Notes: generated by a model not told the origin, from the sequence alone. 64,000 nt of DNA from Verrucomicrobiota bacterium (GCA_016871715.1 VHCO01000002.1:13771-77770); one strand, 5' to 3'. Counted from the stretch's first letter, positions 1-9,858 are shown. Made by a program: numbers and translations.

Positions 1-76
1 TGAAAGCGTGCGCGCCGCGGGAGTGTGGCGCGGTCGTTTCAGTGACGGGGATTCGTGATTTCGTCGAGGCATTCTC

Positions 77-1900
77 ATGAGCACAGCGACAGTCGGGGTT
101 TCGGAAGCGGCCGCCGCGCCGCCGGTCGAGGCGGTGAAAGAGGCGGTCATACGGATCGCCGGTAATTCGCAGGACGGGATTCAGGCCATTGGCGGGTTCC
201 TGGCGCGGTTGGCGGGACGCAGCGAGCAGGACGTCATGACCTACATGACGATTCCCTCGACGATCTCCGGGGGGCCGTCCATTTTTCAGGTCCGGATTGG
301 CTCGGGGGAGGTGCACAGTTCCGGGGACGAGGCGGACGTCTTGTTGGCCTTCTATCAGCATTCGTACGAGGAGCACATTGTGCATCTGAAGAAAGGGGGC
401 ATTGTGCTTTACGATGCGGACCACGTGGAGCCGAAGCCGGACTGGGAATTGGAGTATCGGCATGTCGGGGTGCCGATTTCCGGGCTGACGGTCGAGGCGA
501 TCGGGGGCACCACACGGGACAAGGGCAAGAACGTGTATGCGCTGGGTCTGATTGCGAAGATGTTCGACCTGGACGCCGCCAAGCTCCGGAACCTGATCGG
601 GGAGCGGTTCAGCGGGAAGGACACCAGCGTGGCGGCCAACGCCCTCAACGCGTTCGAGGCGGGCTACAGCTATTCGGTGGGCCATTTGCTGAACACGTTC
701 CGGTTTGTGGATTCGCAGCGCCGGGGCATCAAGCAAGTGGTCATGAACGGCAACGAAGCCCTCGCGTATGGGTTGATTGCGGCCGGCGTGCGCTTCGGCG
801 CGGGGTACCCCATCACGCCGTGGACGGACATCATGGAGTTGTTGCGGCGGGAGCTCCCGAAGTACGGGGGCATGTTCGTGCAGTGCGAGGACGAGATCGC
901 CTCGATTGCGATGGCGCTGGGCGCCAGTTACGCCGGGCACTTGGCCGTGACGGGCACCAGCGGTCCGGGGCTGTCCCTGAAGACCGAGGCGCTGGGCTGG
1001 GGCGTGATGGCCGAAGTCCCGTTGGTGCTGGTCAATGTGCAACGCGGCGGGCCGTCGACCGGGCTGCCGACCAATGTCGAGCAGTCGGATCTGAACATCG
1101 CCTGTTTTGGCAGTCACGGCGACTGTCCACGGGTGGTGCTGGCGCCGGCGAACGTCGAGGATTGCTTCTACACGGCGATCGAGGCGGTCAACCAAGCTCG
1201 CCAGTACAGCGTGCCGGTGATCATCCTGACCGACCAGGCCATCGCGACACGGATCGAGGCGTTCGAGCAGCCCAAGTTGGAGCAGATTTGCCAGCAGCTC
1301 ACACCCGATTTCACGCCCGTTGCCACGTTCAAACCGTACGATCTCTCCGCCCCCAACGGCATCGCCCACCACCGGCCGCCCGGGACCCGGATCCTGGACG
1401 GACGTTACCCCATTGCCTCGGGGCTCGAGCACGACGAGTACGGACACCCCACGGCCTCGGCCAAGCTGCACACGCTGATGAGCGCCAAACGGCGCAAGAA
1501 ACTCCAGGCACTCGCCGCGCAGTTGCCACCCCCCAAGCTGTACGGGCCCCCGCAAGGGAAGCTCTTGTTGGTGGGGTGGGGCTCGACGCACGGGCCGATC
1601 TGCGAGGCCGTCGACCGGGCGCGGGCGATGGGGGAGTCGGTGTCGGCGCTGCATCTGAAGCATCTGCACCCGTTGCCCAACGGCCTCGAGCAACTCTTCT
1701 CCGCCTTCACCCACACCCGCGTCGTCGAGATGAACGACGAGGGCGTCTACGGCTATGGACAGTTGGCCGGCATCCTCCGCGCCCGCTACTGCAACCCCAA
1801 GATTCTCGGCATCAACAAAACCGACGGTTTGACCTTCAAGGTCCGCGAGATCGTCCAGCGCGTGAACGCCGAGGTGGTGGACGGCATGCAAAAGTACTGA
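77..1900 (+). CDS. korA: 2-oxoacid:acceptor (ferredoxin) oxidoreductase subunit alpha (fused gamma-alpha)
   Basis: 607 aa. N-terminal gamma-like domain (RIAGNSQDGIQ), YPITPWTDIME, EDEIASIAMALGAS, TGTSGPGLSLKTE and QRGGPSTGLPT motifs; followed by the beta subunit. Substrate specificity cannot be determined from sequence. Confidence 0.93.
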   Translation: MSTATVGVSEAAAAPPVEAVKEAVIRIAGNSQDGIQAIGGFLARLAGRSEQDVMTYMTIPSTISGGPSIFQVRIGSGEVHSSGDEADVLLAFYQHSYEEHIVHLKKGGIVLYDADHVEPKPDWELEYRHVGVPISGLTVEAIGGTTRDKGKNVYALGLIAKMFDLDAAKLRNLIGERFSGKDTSVAANALNAFEAGYSYSVGHLLNTFRFVDSQRRGIKQVVMNGNEALAYGLIAAGVRFGAGYPITPWTDIMELLRRELPKYGGMFVQCEDEIASIAMALGASYAGHLAVTGTSGPGLSLKTEALGWGVMAEVPLVLVNVQRGGPSTGLPTNVEQSDLNIACFGSHGDCPRVVLAPANVEDCFYTAIEAVNQARQYSVPVIILTDQAIATRIEAFEQPKLEQICQQLTPDFTPVATFKPYDLSAPNGIAHHRPPGTRILDGRYPIASGLEHDEYGHPTASAKLHTLMSAKRRKKLQALAAQLPPPKLYGPPQGKLLLVGWGSTHGPICEAVDRARAMGESVSALHLKHLHPLPNGLEQLFSAFTHTRVVEMNDEGVYGYGQLAGILRARYCNPKILGINKTDGLTFKVREIVQRVNAEVVDGMQKY

Positions 1901-1957
1901 GGCTGGAGGCAGCGCGTTCACCACGTTTACCCTCGACTCGTTTCTCTCCCACGCATC

Positions 1958-2911
1958 ATGAGCGCAACCTTAACTGAACCCGCCCCGCCGCAGGCCACGG
2001 TCGCGGCGCCGGACCCGACGACCGCGGCGGCCGCGGCCGACCGCAAACCTCTGACCCGCAAGGAAATCATTGGCGATCACCCCACCTGGTGTCCTGGCTG
2101 TGGCGATTTCTCGGTCTTGGCCGTTTACTTCAAGCTGATCGAGAAGCGCAAACTCTGGCACGAGAAGATCGTGACCGTGGCGGGCATCGGCTGCTCGAGC
2201 CGTTTCCCTTACTTCCTCCAAGCGCACGGGGCGCACTTCATTCACGGCCGAGCCTTGCCCTTCGCCACGGGACTGTCGCTCGCGCGCCCCGATCTGCACG
2301 TGTTCGCCTTTGGCGGAGATGGCGACGCCTTCTCGATCGGCGGCAACCACTTCACCCACACGGCCCGCAAGAACCTCAACCTGACCTACGTGGTGATGGA
2401 CAACCAGGTTTATGGCCTGACCAAGAAACAGACCTCGCCAACCTCCCCGCTGGGGTTCAAAAGCAAGACCGACCTCTGGGGCGCGGTCGATTACCCGATC
2501 AACCCGATGAAACAGGCCATCATGGCCGGAGCAACCTTCGTGGCGCGCACCAGCCACACCAACCCCGCTCATGTGCTGCAGATGATGGAGGCCGCCCTCG
2601 ACCACGAGGGCTTCAGCTTCATCGAGTGCCTCAGCGAGTGTGTCGAGTTCTATCAGGGCGCCTTCGACGCCTCCAACCCCCGCAAGGGCGGTGCCTTTAA
2701 CCTCGTCCCTGCCGAGCACGACGTGACCGACGAAATGGCCGCCTACCGGTTGGCGGGCGAGCCGCTGCCTGGCCATTTCGGGATCTTCTACCAAGTCAAA
2801 CGCCCCACCAAGAACGCCCTCGAAGCCAAGATCATCAAAGACGTGCGCGAGAAGTTTAAGGGGCTCGAAGACTGGCAAATCCTCCAGAAGACCTTCGATC
2901 GGATGAACTAA
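1958..2911 (+). CDS. korB: 2-oxoacid:ferredoxin oxidoreductase subunit beta (TPP-binding)
   Basis: 317 aa. WCPGCGDF, GIGCSSR, HGRALP, GGDGD...GGNH TPP motif and MDNQVYGLTKKQ. Confidence 0.93.
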   Translation: MSATLTEPAPPQATVAAPDPTTAAAAADRKPLTRKEIIGDHPTWCPGCGDFSVLAVYFKLIEKRKLWHEKIVTVAGIGCSSRFPYFLQAHGAHFIHGRALPFATGLSLARPDLHVFAFGGDGDAFSIGGNHFTHTARKNLNLTYVVMDNQVYGLTKKQTSPTSPLGFKSKTDLWGAVDYPINPMKQAIMAGATFVARTSHTNPAHVLQMMEAALDHEGFSFIECLSECVEFYQGAFDASNPRKGGAFNLVPAEHDVTDEMAAYRLAGEPLPGHFGIFYQVKRPTKNALEAKIIKDVREKFKGLEDWQILQKTFDRMN

Positions 2912-2961
2912 ACGGCGGATGCCGGCGGGGGGGGGTGACCGAACTACCCTGCTCCCGCGGC

Positions 2962-2989
2962 TTGACGGCGGCGCGCGCCTTACTAGTTT
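2962..2989 (+). promoter_or_regulatory. Putative sigma70 promoter for the Zn-ribbon gene
   Basis: TTGACG (2962-2967), 16-bp spacer, TAGTTT (2984-2989), about 40 nt upstream of the ATG at 3030. Confidence 0.45.
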
Positions 2990-3029
2990 AATCGGGCGCA
3001 GCGCGAGTCGCAGCGCACGAAGACTGAGT

Positions 3030-3551
3030 ATGCCGATCTACGAATTTGCCTGTCCCAAATGCCGGGTGATCTACAACTTCCTCTCGAAGAAGGTCAACCC
3101 AGCTCACTCGCCCACTTGTCCCAAGTGCGGCCACAAAAAGCTCGCCAAGCAGATGAGCCGGTTCGCCGCGCCGAAAGGCCTCAAAGAACCGGCCGCCAAA
3201 CCGGAGACGGAGGGGGATGAGCCGCCCATGCCGGACTTCGACGATCCGCGGATCGAGCGGGTGATGGGGGAGCTCGAGCGGGACATGGAGCATCTGGACG
3301 AGAACAACCCGCGGCACATGGCGCACATGATGAAGAAGATGAAGGAGGTCATGCCGGCCGGGGTGATGCCCAAGGAAATGGACGTCGCCATCAAACGCCT
3401 CGAACAGGGCGAGGACCCGGAGAAGATCGAGGAGGACATGGGCGATGTGTTGGGCGACTTCCTCGGGTCGGAAGGCGAGCCGGACGAATACGGCGGCTAC
3501 GGTGGTGGCGGCGGCGGGTATAGCCGCGATGCTGGGCTCTACGACTACTGA
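3030..3551 (+). CDS. FmdB-family zinc-ribbon protein with acidic C-terminal extension
   Basis: MPIYEFACPKC...CPKCG...KQMSRF is the FmdB-type Zn-ribbon start, so the start is reassigned from 2919 to the ATG at 3030 (173 aa). Confidence 0.8.
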   Translation: MPIYEFACPKCRVIYNFLSKKVNPAHSPTCPKCGHKKLAKQMSRFAAPKGLKEPAAKPETEGDEPPMPDFDDPRIERVMGELERDMEHLDENNPRHMAHMMKKMKEVMPAGVMPKEMDVAIKRLEQGEDPEKIEEDMGDVLGDFLGSEGEPDEYGGYGGGGGGYSRDAGLYDY

Positions 3552-3574
3552 GCCGCCCGCGCACTCGCCGGGGC

Positions 3575-4276
3575 CTACTTGTTGAAGCGGAAGTTGGCCA
3601 CGTCGTAGTCCTGCATCACATAGGACTTGAGCTCGAGCCGCTGCTTGCCGGCGCGCTTGGCTTGGGTCTCGCCCCCCGCTGCCACCAGATCGCCCCAGCC
3701 GATGATCTCCGCCCGGATGAAGCCCTTTTGGATGTCCGTATGAATCGTGCCGGCGGCGGCCCAGGCGGTCGTGCCCTGGGAAATGGGCCATGCCCGATTC
3801 TCCTTGCCCCCCACGGTCAGGAAGCACAGGTAGCCACCCTCCCGAAAGGCCCGTAGCATCGTCGCCTCCGGGGCCGACAGATCGGCGTCGTCCGCCACCA
3901 CCACCGGTTTGTGGGTGTGGAAGTTGTGGGCGGCCACCGCCTGCAACTCGGCCTTGCTGAGACCCGCCTTGTACATGGTCCGCTCACTCTCGAGCTCGGC
4001 ACGAATCCGCTCGAGCACGACCCGTTCCGCCTCCGCCGGTTGGCGTCCCAGCCGCGTCTCCACAAACTCGAGGTCGTGCAGGATCAGGTCCGGAAAACGG
4101 TCGCGATGCACCAGGATCGCGTCGGCTTCGAGCGTGGCGTCGTCGCCCAGCACGTCGACTTGCGCATAGGTCCGCTTCTTGGCCTCGACCAGGGCGTGAA
4201 CCTGGTCGAGCCGCGGGTCTTTGAGGTTGTGTTTGCCCAGGGGAATCCCCGTCACGCCAAACAAAGAAATCTTCAT
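3575..4276 (-). CDS. YchF-like (DUF933/TGS-domain) protein lacking recognisable NTPase motifs
   Basis: The C-terminus FLTVGGKENRAW...AAGTIHTDIQKGFIRAE...YVMQDYDVANFRFN matches the YchF TGS domain, and KDPRLDQV...KKRTYAQV matches the YchF N-region. Only 233 aa. Confidence 0.8.
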   Translation of the reverse strand: MKISLFGVTGIPLGKHNLKDPRLDQVHALVEAKKRTYAQVDVLGDDATLEADAILVHRDRFPDLILHDLEFVETRLGRQPAEAERVVLERIRAELESERTMYKAGLSKAELQAVAAHNFHTHKPVVVADDADLSAPEATMLRAFREGGYLCFLTVGGKENRAWPISQGTTAWAAAGTIHTDIQKGFIRAEIIGWGDLVAAGGETQAKRAGKQRLELKSYVMQDYDVANFRFNK

Positions 4277-4399
4277 CCGCTTTCCTTAGGGACAGGCCGT
4301 GCCCAGGTCAAGGGCCTAGGCGCCGAATCGTGCCGAATCGCGCCTTGCCATACGCCGCACCTCAATCGAAGCTGAAGGGATGCGTGGTATCCACGGCCC

Positions 4400-6814
4400 A
4401 TGAGCCCGCAGGATCCAACCCAACCTCAACCTCCGCACGGTCGAGAGCGCCGGCATTGCCTGGTGGACGCGGTGGCCGATTCGTTGGCGGCCGAGCCCGC
4501 CCTCGAGGCGGTGACCATCGACCGGTCCCAACGGCGCGTCTCGGTGGCCACCTTGGGCAAGGTCCAGAACCCCGCTTTGGGCGAGGCGCTCGCGGCCAGC
4601 CTCCAACAAGCCCAGGAGGCTGGCGCCGACCCCCACTGCTGCCTGCTTGAAGGGGCGCCCGATTGCCGAACCTGCGACCTGCCGGTCGAACCGTTCGCGC
4701 GTCGGGGCCTGACGGTCACCCAGGCTGGCCAACGCACCACGGTGGCTCGAGCCACCTGTCCCACGGCACCGCGGTTTTGGCGCTGGCGCGATCTGCCGCT
4801 CCCCAAAGTGGTGCCGCGCGAGGTCGAGATTCCCGAAGACGACCAGCACCTCGAGGAGTGGAAGTGGCAACTTCTGGCCGCCGGGCTCTGCGGCGCGTTG
4901 GCCTGGGTCGCTTGGCGGATCGGAGAACGACCGGTTGCGCTGGGCTTCCACCTGGCGGCCTATCTGGCCGGCGGTTGGTTCGCCGCCCAAGAAGTCTGGG
5001 AACGGCTGCGGCAGCGCACCTTGGATGTGCATTTCCTGATGCTCGCCGTCGCCGTGGGCAGCGCCAGCATCGGCCGCTGGGACGAGGGCAGCATCCTCCT
5101 ATTCCTGTTCTCGCTGTCCGGGGCGCTCGAACACTACGCCCTCGGCCGGACGCAGCGGGAAATCCGCTCGTTATTCCGTGACGCGCCGAAGGTCGCCACG
5201 TTGCTCGAAGCCGGAGGGCAGGAGCGCGAGGTGCCGGTGGATCGACTCCTGCCGGGCCAGCGGTTGCTGCTCAAACCGGGCGCCCAGTTTCCAGTCGACG
5301 CCGAGGTGGTCAAGGGCCGGACCGCCGCGGATGAGGCCAACCTGACCGGCGAAGCGACGCCGGTCGACAAGGGGATCGGCGACTTGGTCTTGGCGGGCAC
5401 GCTCAACCTGTGGGGCGTGATCGAGGCCACGGTGCTGCGCCCCGCGCGCGAAAGCGCCCTGCAGAAGATCGTGCGACTCATCCGCGAGGCCCAACACCTC
5501 AAGGCCCCCTCGCAGCGGTTCACCGACAAGTTCGGCACACGCTACACCTACGGCATCACCGGGCTCACCCTGGTCATGTTCTTCGTCTGGTGGCTTGCCT
5601 GGGACCTGCCCGCCTTCACCTCGACCGCGACGACGCGCAGCGCGTTCTATCTGGCCATGACCTTGCTGGTGGTCGCCTCGCCCTGCGCCCTGGTCCTCTC
5701 GATCCCCTCCGCCGTCCTCGCCGCCATCGCTTGGGGTGCGCGCCGGGGCATCCTCTTCCGCGGCGGTGCCGCCGTCGAAAAACTGGCCGAGGTGGACGTG
5801 GTCGCCCTCGACAAGACCGGCACACTCACCACGGGCGAACTCGAGGTCGAACGCATCCAGAGCTTCCCCCACGGCCGGGAAGCCGAGGTCGCCGGGCTCG
5901 CCTTCTCCCTCGAGCGGCTTTCGGCGCATCCGCTCGCCCGCGCCATCACGCGCTACGGCAAACAGCAGGGGCTCTCCGCGGTCGAACTCGAGCGGTTCGA
6001 GTCGGTCACGGGCTTGGGCCTGCGCGCACAGTGGCGAGGGCAACCCGTGCTGCTCGGACGCCGGGAATGGCTCGATGGCTTCTGTCGGCAGTGCCGCGAT
6101 GAGTCGGAATCGCGCGCCGACTCGGCTGGGCGTTGTGACTTCTGCGGCCTGCTGGCCACCGTGCCAGCCGCCGGAACCGGCCACTCCGAGGTCTGGCTGG
6201 CCACCCGCGATTTGCTGGGCCGGATCCTGCTCCAAGATGGCATCCGCCATCAGTCCAGGGCGGTGATCGCCGACTTGCGGCACGCCGGCTTGCATCCGGT
6301 GGTCCTCACGGGCGACCGGGAGGCGGCGGCGGCCGCGCTGCAGAGTTTGCTCGGGCTCGAGGACGTGCGGGCCGAGCTGAAGCCGGAGCAGAAGCTGGCG
6401 GCCATACGCGAACTCAGCGAGGCCGGCCGGCGCGTGGCCATGGTCGGGGATGGGGTGAACGACGCGCCCAGCTTGGCGGCAGCTCATGTGGGCGTGGCCA
6501 TGGGCGCTCGCGGATCCGACGCCGCGCTCGAACAGGCCGAGATCGTCCTGATGCACGATCGACTCGAGAACTTCGTGGCCGCCTTCCGCCTCAGCCAGCG
6601 CGCCCGACGCGTCATCCGTCAGAACCTGGTCGTGTCGCTCGGCACGGTGGCCCTCCTGGTGGGCGGCGCATTAGCGGGAACGATTCCCCTGACCCTCGGG
6701 GTGATCGGCCACGAAGGCAGCACCGTGATCGTGGTGCTCAACAGCCTGCGCTTGCTCCTGGGTGGCCCACCGCGCGCCGAGCCCCCCAGACCCGCGCCCG
6801 CGGGCACACCCTAG
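4400..6814 (+). CDS. Heavy-metal translocating P-type ATPase, P1B-4 subgroup (Co/Zn/Fe-type)
   Basis: 804 aa. TGEA, SPC intramembrane motif, DKTGTLT phosphorylation site, HP motif, TGD, GDGVNDAP and C-terminal HEGST. Confidence 0.92.
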   Translation: MSPQDPTQPQPPHGRERRHCLVDAVADSLAAEPALEAVTIDRSQRRVSVATLGKVQNPALGEALAASLQQAQEAGADPHCCLLEGAPDCRTCDLPVEPFARRGLTVTQAGQRTTVARATCPTAPRFWRWRDLPLPKVVPREVEIPEDDQHLEEWKWQLLAAGLCGALAWVAWRIGERPVALGFHLAAYLAGGWFAAQEVWERLRQRTLDVHFLMLAVAVGSASIGRWDEGSILLFLFSLSGALEHYALGRTQREIRSLFRDAPKVATLLEAGGQEREVPVDRLLPGQRLLLKPGAQFPVDAEVVKGRTAADEANLTGEATPVDKGIGDLVLAGTLNLWGVIEATVLRPARESALQKIVRLIREAQHLKAPSQRFTDKFGTRYTYGITGLTLVMFFVWWLAWDLPAFTSTATTRSAFYLAMTLLVVASPCALVLSIPSAVLAAIAWGARRGILFRGGAAVEKLAEVDVVALDKTGTLTTGELEVERIQSFPHGREAEVAGLAFSLERLSAHPLARAITRYGKQQGLSAVELERFESVTGLGLRAQWRGQPVLLGRREWLDGFCRQCRDESESRADSAGRCDFCGLLATVPAAGTGHSEVWLATRDLLGRILLQDGIRHQSRAVIADLRHAGLHPVVLTGDREAAAAALQSLLGLEDVRAELKPEQKLAAIRELSEAGRRVAMVGDGVNDAPSLAAAHVGVAMGARGSDAALEQAEIVLMHDRLENFVAAFRLSQRARRVIRQNLVVSLGTVALLVGGALAGTIPLTLGVIGHEGSTVIVVLNSLRLLLGGPPRAEPPRPAPAGTP

Positions 6815-6925
6815 CCCTTACCCCATCCCGGCCCCGTGCCGGGCAGTGTGCGAGAGTTGGCCACCCTCGATTCGGCCCTCGCAGGCAATCGACAGACCGC
6901 CAGCGCCCGAGAGACGGCGTCGGCG

Positions 6926-7678
6926 TCAAGGCTTCCGCTGGTCCACAGGCGGTTGCTGCAGAAACGTCAGGAGCGCCGCGCCAGCTATCAACCCAATCAA
7001 GAGCACGCCCAGAAAGGGCAAGGGCGCGGCCACGGTCTCGAGCCCGTGCGCCAAATTGACGCCGAACACGGCGCTGAGGGTGGCGATCGGAAAGAAAAAG
7101 GCCGCCAGCAGATTCAGCCGATGCGCGGACACGGCCAACCGGTGGCTGGCGCGCGCTTGCTCTTCGCTGCGACGGGCGACGAGGTAATTCAGGGAGTGAC
7201 TGGTCTCCTGATCGAGCAGTTCAGCGGTCCGCTCGAGCTCATAAGCGTGGTCCCGCCACACAATCAGTTGCCGATCCTCCGGACAGAGCCGGCGCGCCTC
7301 CTGCAACACTTGATACAGGTTGCGCGTGGCACGATGCAGCGGCGCCAACCCCTTCAAGATGGCAAAGTACTCGTCCGCGGAGGCGGCTGTGCTCGCCCGT
7401 TGCTCGAAGCCGTCCCACGCCGCCGCGTACTGGTCGAGGTGGTTCTGCAGCGCCCCCGCCGCTTGCCCCCACTCACTCGAGGTCCAACTGCCGCTCGGTT
7501 TGCGCCAGAAGAACCGGCCGGTGCGCTTGTCTTCGTCTGGCTGAGGCGGCGCGTGGAGGACCACCAGCAGATGGCCTTCGGCGGTCATCACCCGCTGGCG
7601 ACCGACCTCAACGCCGAGACGCTCACGGATTGCTTCGGGCACCTCCCAAGTGCGGGGCAGGATCGAGGGGGTTTTCAT
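6926..7678 (-). CDS. CorA-like divalent cation transporter family protein
   Basis: 250 aa. Helical soluble region, then two C-terminal TM helices with a GVN (GMN-like) motif (FFPIATLSAVFGVNL). Confidence 0.6.
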   Translation of the reverse strand: MKTPSILPRTWEVPEAIRERLGVEVGRQRVMTAEGHLLVVLHAPPQPDEDKRTGRFFWRKPSGSWTSSEWGQAAGALQNHLDQYAAAWDGFEQRASTAASADEYFAILKGLAPLHRATRNLYQVLQEARRLCPEDRQLIVWRDHAYELERTAELLDQETSHSLNYLVARRSEEQARASHRLAVSAHRLNLLAAFFFPIATLSAVFGVNLAHGLETVAAPLPFLGVLLIGLIAGAALLTFLQQPPVDQRKP

Positions 7679-7970
7679 GGGCCAGATTCAGTTGACGAGG
7701 GGACGTTCATCCGTTCATCGGTGACTTGACGCTGCCGGCCGGAGCCGGTGGCCGGTCTCTGCCGCTACCGGCTCAGATCGCGACTTCGGCAGCCGGCACC
7801 CAGCGTACCGGGCCTTGCACGGGAAGACCAGCGCAACCGCGCCCCGACAACACGCCGTCGGTCGAGGTCAGCGTCGAGGTCGGGTCGATGTTGATCCGCG
7901 GCCGTATGCCGGCCGGAGACACCGTTCGTCTGGGGGTTGGTGGGTGTTGCGAGACCCTAGTCGGACTTTC

Positions 7971-8340
7971 GTGTCAACTCTGTCAACTACTATAAACCAG
8001 TTCTGTAATTGTGTCGGCCGCCTGAGCAGGGAGGAGACAGGTGTCCGAGCCGGCGCCCGGCACCGTACGTCAGCCGAGCCAAGAGCCAAGGACTAGGCAA
8101 GGACAAGGGCCGAAGGCAGCAGCATGGCCCTTACCTTCACCCTCACCGCCGCACCGAGGCAGCGGAGCTTTATCGTGTCAACGATTATCATACTGGCGCT
8201 TTGCTTTACACCCCGCGAACGCGAGTAGCCGGCAGAGGCAGGGAGGTCTCGACGGACCTGCAAACAGGCACTGGCACCGTGGGCGAACGGGACCGCGGGC
8301 AGTAAGGCCAGGCCAAGCGCCCCGTGTTGTCAACAATTAG
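7971..8340. repeat. Cluster of four TGTCAAC-core motif copies in an intergenic gap
   Basis: GTGTCAACTC 7971, TGTCAACTACTA 7981, GTGTCAACGATTA 8175, TTGTCAACAATTA 8327. Confidence 0.7.
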
Positions 8341-8373
8341 TATCCTGGTGGGGGACGGACAACCTCAACCGAG

Positions 8374-9858
8374 TCAGGCGCCGCGTTTAAGGCGCTTCAG
8401 TTCGGTCGCCTCGGGCCTGGCCGCATAGTAGTCGTCGAGGGGGTAGCAGCCGCTGATTAGGCCGCCGCGCGGGGCCGTGGTGCAGTCGCTAAAGGTGCGG
8501 CAGAGCAACCGCGGGTTGAGTTGGCCCGTGCGTAAGGTATCGGCAACGATCCCAGGGTAGCTCAAGATCATCCGCCCGATGCCCACCAAATCTGTCCAGC
8601 CCTGGCGCACTACGGCCTGAGCGACCTGCGGCAGATACTCCTGCAAATAGCTGTAAGCCGACCCGAGGACCAGGAGGCCGGCCGGCGCGCGGGCCTTGAG
8701 TTGCCGCACGACATGGATTTGGCGCGCCACTCCCACCAAGGGGTCCTCAGGGGGCTGGTACCCATCGCTGGGGGGGTAGGCAGCAGGGCGTTGGATGTGC
8801 GGGTTGTAGTAGGGGGATCCGGCAGTGAGATTGACGAGCTTCACGCCCAGAGTGGCACACAGTCCGAGGAATCTGTGGGCCTCCGTGAGGTCTGGCTCGA
8901 GGGGATTCTCCGGATTCACGCCGAAGCCGTAACGATACGGGAGGCACGCCCCGAAATCGTCCGGGATCCCGGGACCAGGCTTGCCCGGTTGGGAGCTGGC
9001 TGGGTCGGGTCGGAAGGGTACGAAGTCGAAGGCGCTCAAGCGGACAGCGAGATCGATGGGGTTGCCGCGGGCACGAATGGCCTGCACGATCTCGCGCAGC
9101 AAGCGGGTGCGGTTTTCGAAGGCGCCGCCATACGGCCCGGGGCGCGTGTGGGCGCTGAGGAACTCATGCAACAGGTACCCGTGACAATGCTTGAGGTCGA
9201 CGAAATCGGCGCCTGCCTCCCGAGCCAAATCGGCCGCGGTCGCATAGGCCTGGACCAGGGGCTCCAGTTCGGCATCCGCCAGGACCTGGGTATCGGCGGT
9301 CACACCGAACTTCGCATCCAAAAGGGGGTGGCGGTAGGCGACGCGCGGTTCCATGCGCCGTTTGTCCGTCGGCCGACAAAAGCGGCCCGAGTGCGTGAGC
9401 TGAAAGCCGAGGACGAGGTCGTCCACTGCGCCATGCCGCTCTTGGTGGGTGCGGCGGACCAGGCGGACGAGCTCGACGAAGCCCGGGAGGTTTGGCGCGC
9501 TGAGGACGAGCTGATTGGGATTAGCGCGGCCGTCTGGGCGGACGGCGATGGCCTCGCCGCCGCAGACGAGCTTAGCGCCGCTCTCGCCGAAGCGTTGCCA
9601 GCGTCGGCGGACCTCGTCCGTTACACCTCCGGAAGTCGTGCCATCCCAACCTTCCATGGGCTGAACGGCCCAGCGGTTGCCGAGGCGTTTGCCGTTGATG
9701 AGGACTGGCGGCGCCGGTTGCGCCAACGGGGAGTCCGGAGCGGTGAGGATGCCGTCGTCGCAGGGCAGTTCGAGGCCCAGGGTGACCGTGTGTTGGCGGA
9801 AATCGGCGACGGTCTTGATCGATGGGATGCGGACCAGGGGACGCGGGGGCATGGGCAT
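8374..9858 (-). CDS. NADH:flavin oxidoreductase (Old Yellow Enzyme-like TIM barrel)
   Basis: 494 aa. PMEGWDG, QLTHSGR, DLKHCHGYLLHEFLS, YGGAFENRTRLL and DLVGIGR. Confidence 0.85.
   Translation of the reverse strand: MPMPPRPLVRIPSIKTVADFRQHTVTLGLELPCDDGILTAPDSPLAQPAPPVLINGKRLGNRWAVQPMEGWDGTTSGGVTDEVRRRWQRFGESGAKLVCGGEAIAVRPDGRANPNQLVLSAPNLPGFVELVRLVRRTHQERHGAVDDLVLGFQLTHSGRFCRPTDKRRMEPRVAYRHPLLDAKFGVTADTQVLADAELEPLVQAYATAADLAREAGADFVDLKHCHGYLLHEFLSAHTRPGPYGGAFENRTRLLREIVQAIRARGNPIDLAVRLSAFDFVPFRPDPASSQPGKPGPGIPDDFGACLPYRYGFGVNPENPLEPDLTEAHRFLGLCATLGVKLVNLTAGSPYYNPHIQRPAAYPPSDGYQPPEDPLVGVARQIHVVRQLKARAPAGLLVLGSAYSYLQEYLPQVAQAVVRQGWTDLVGIGRMILSYPGIVADTLRTGQLNPRLLCRTFSDCTTAPRGGLISGCYPLDDYYAARPEATELKRLKRGA

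Noticed and set aside
2927-2935. Intergenic G9 tract after korB as a phase-variation switch
   Set aside because: Lies upstream of the putative -35, not within the promoter spacer or a CDS, so no mechanism is evident.
6836-7729. 297-aa plus-strand ORF
   Set aside because: Antisense to the CorA-like gene, which has the better codon pattern and a recognisable motif.
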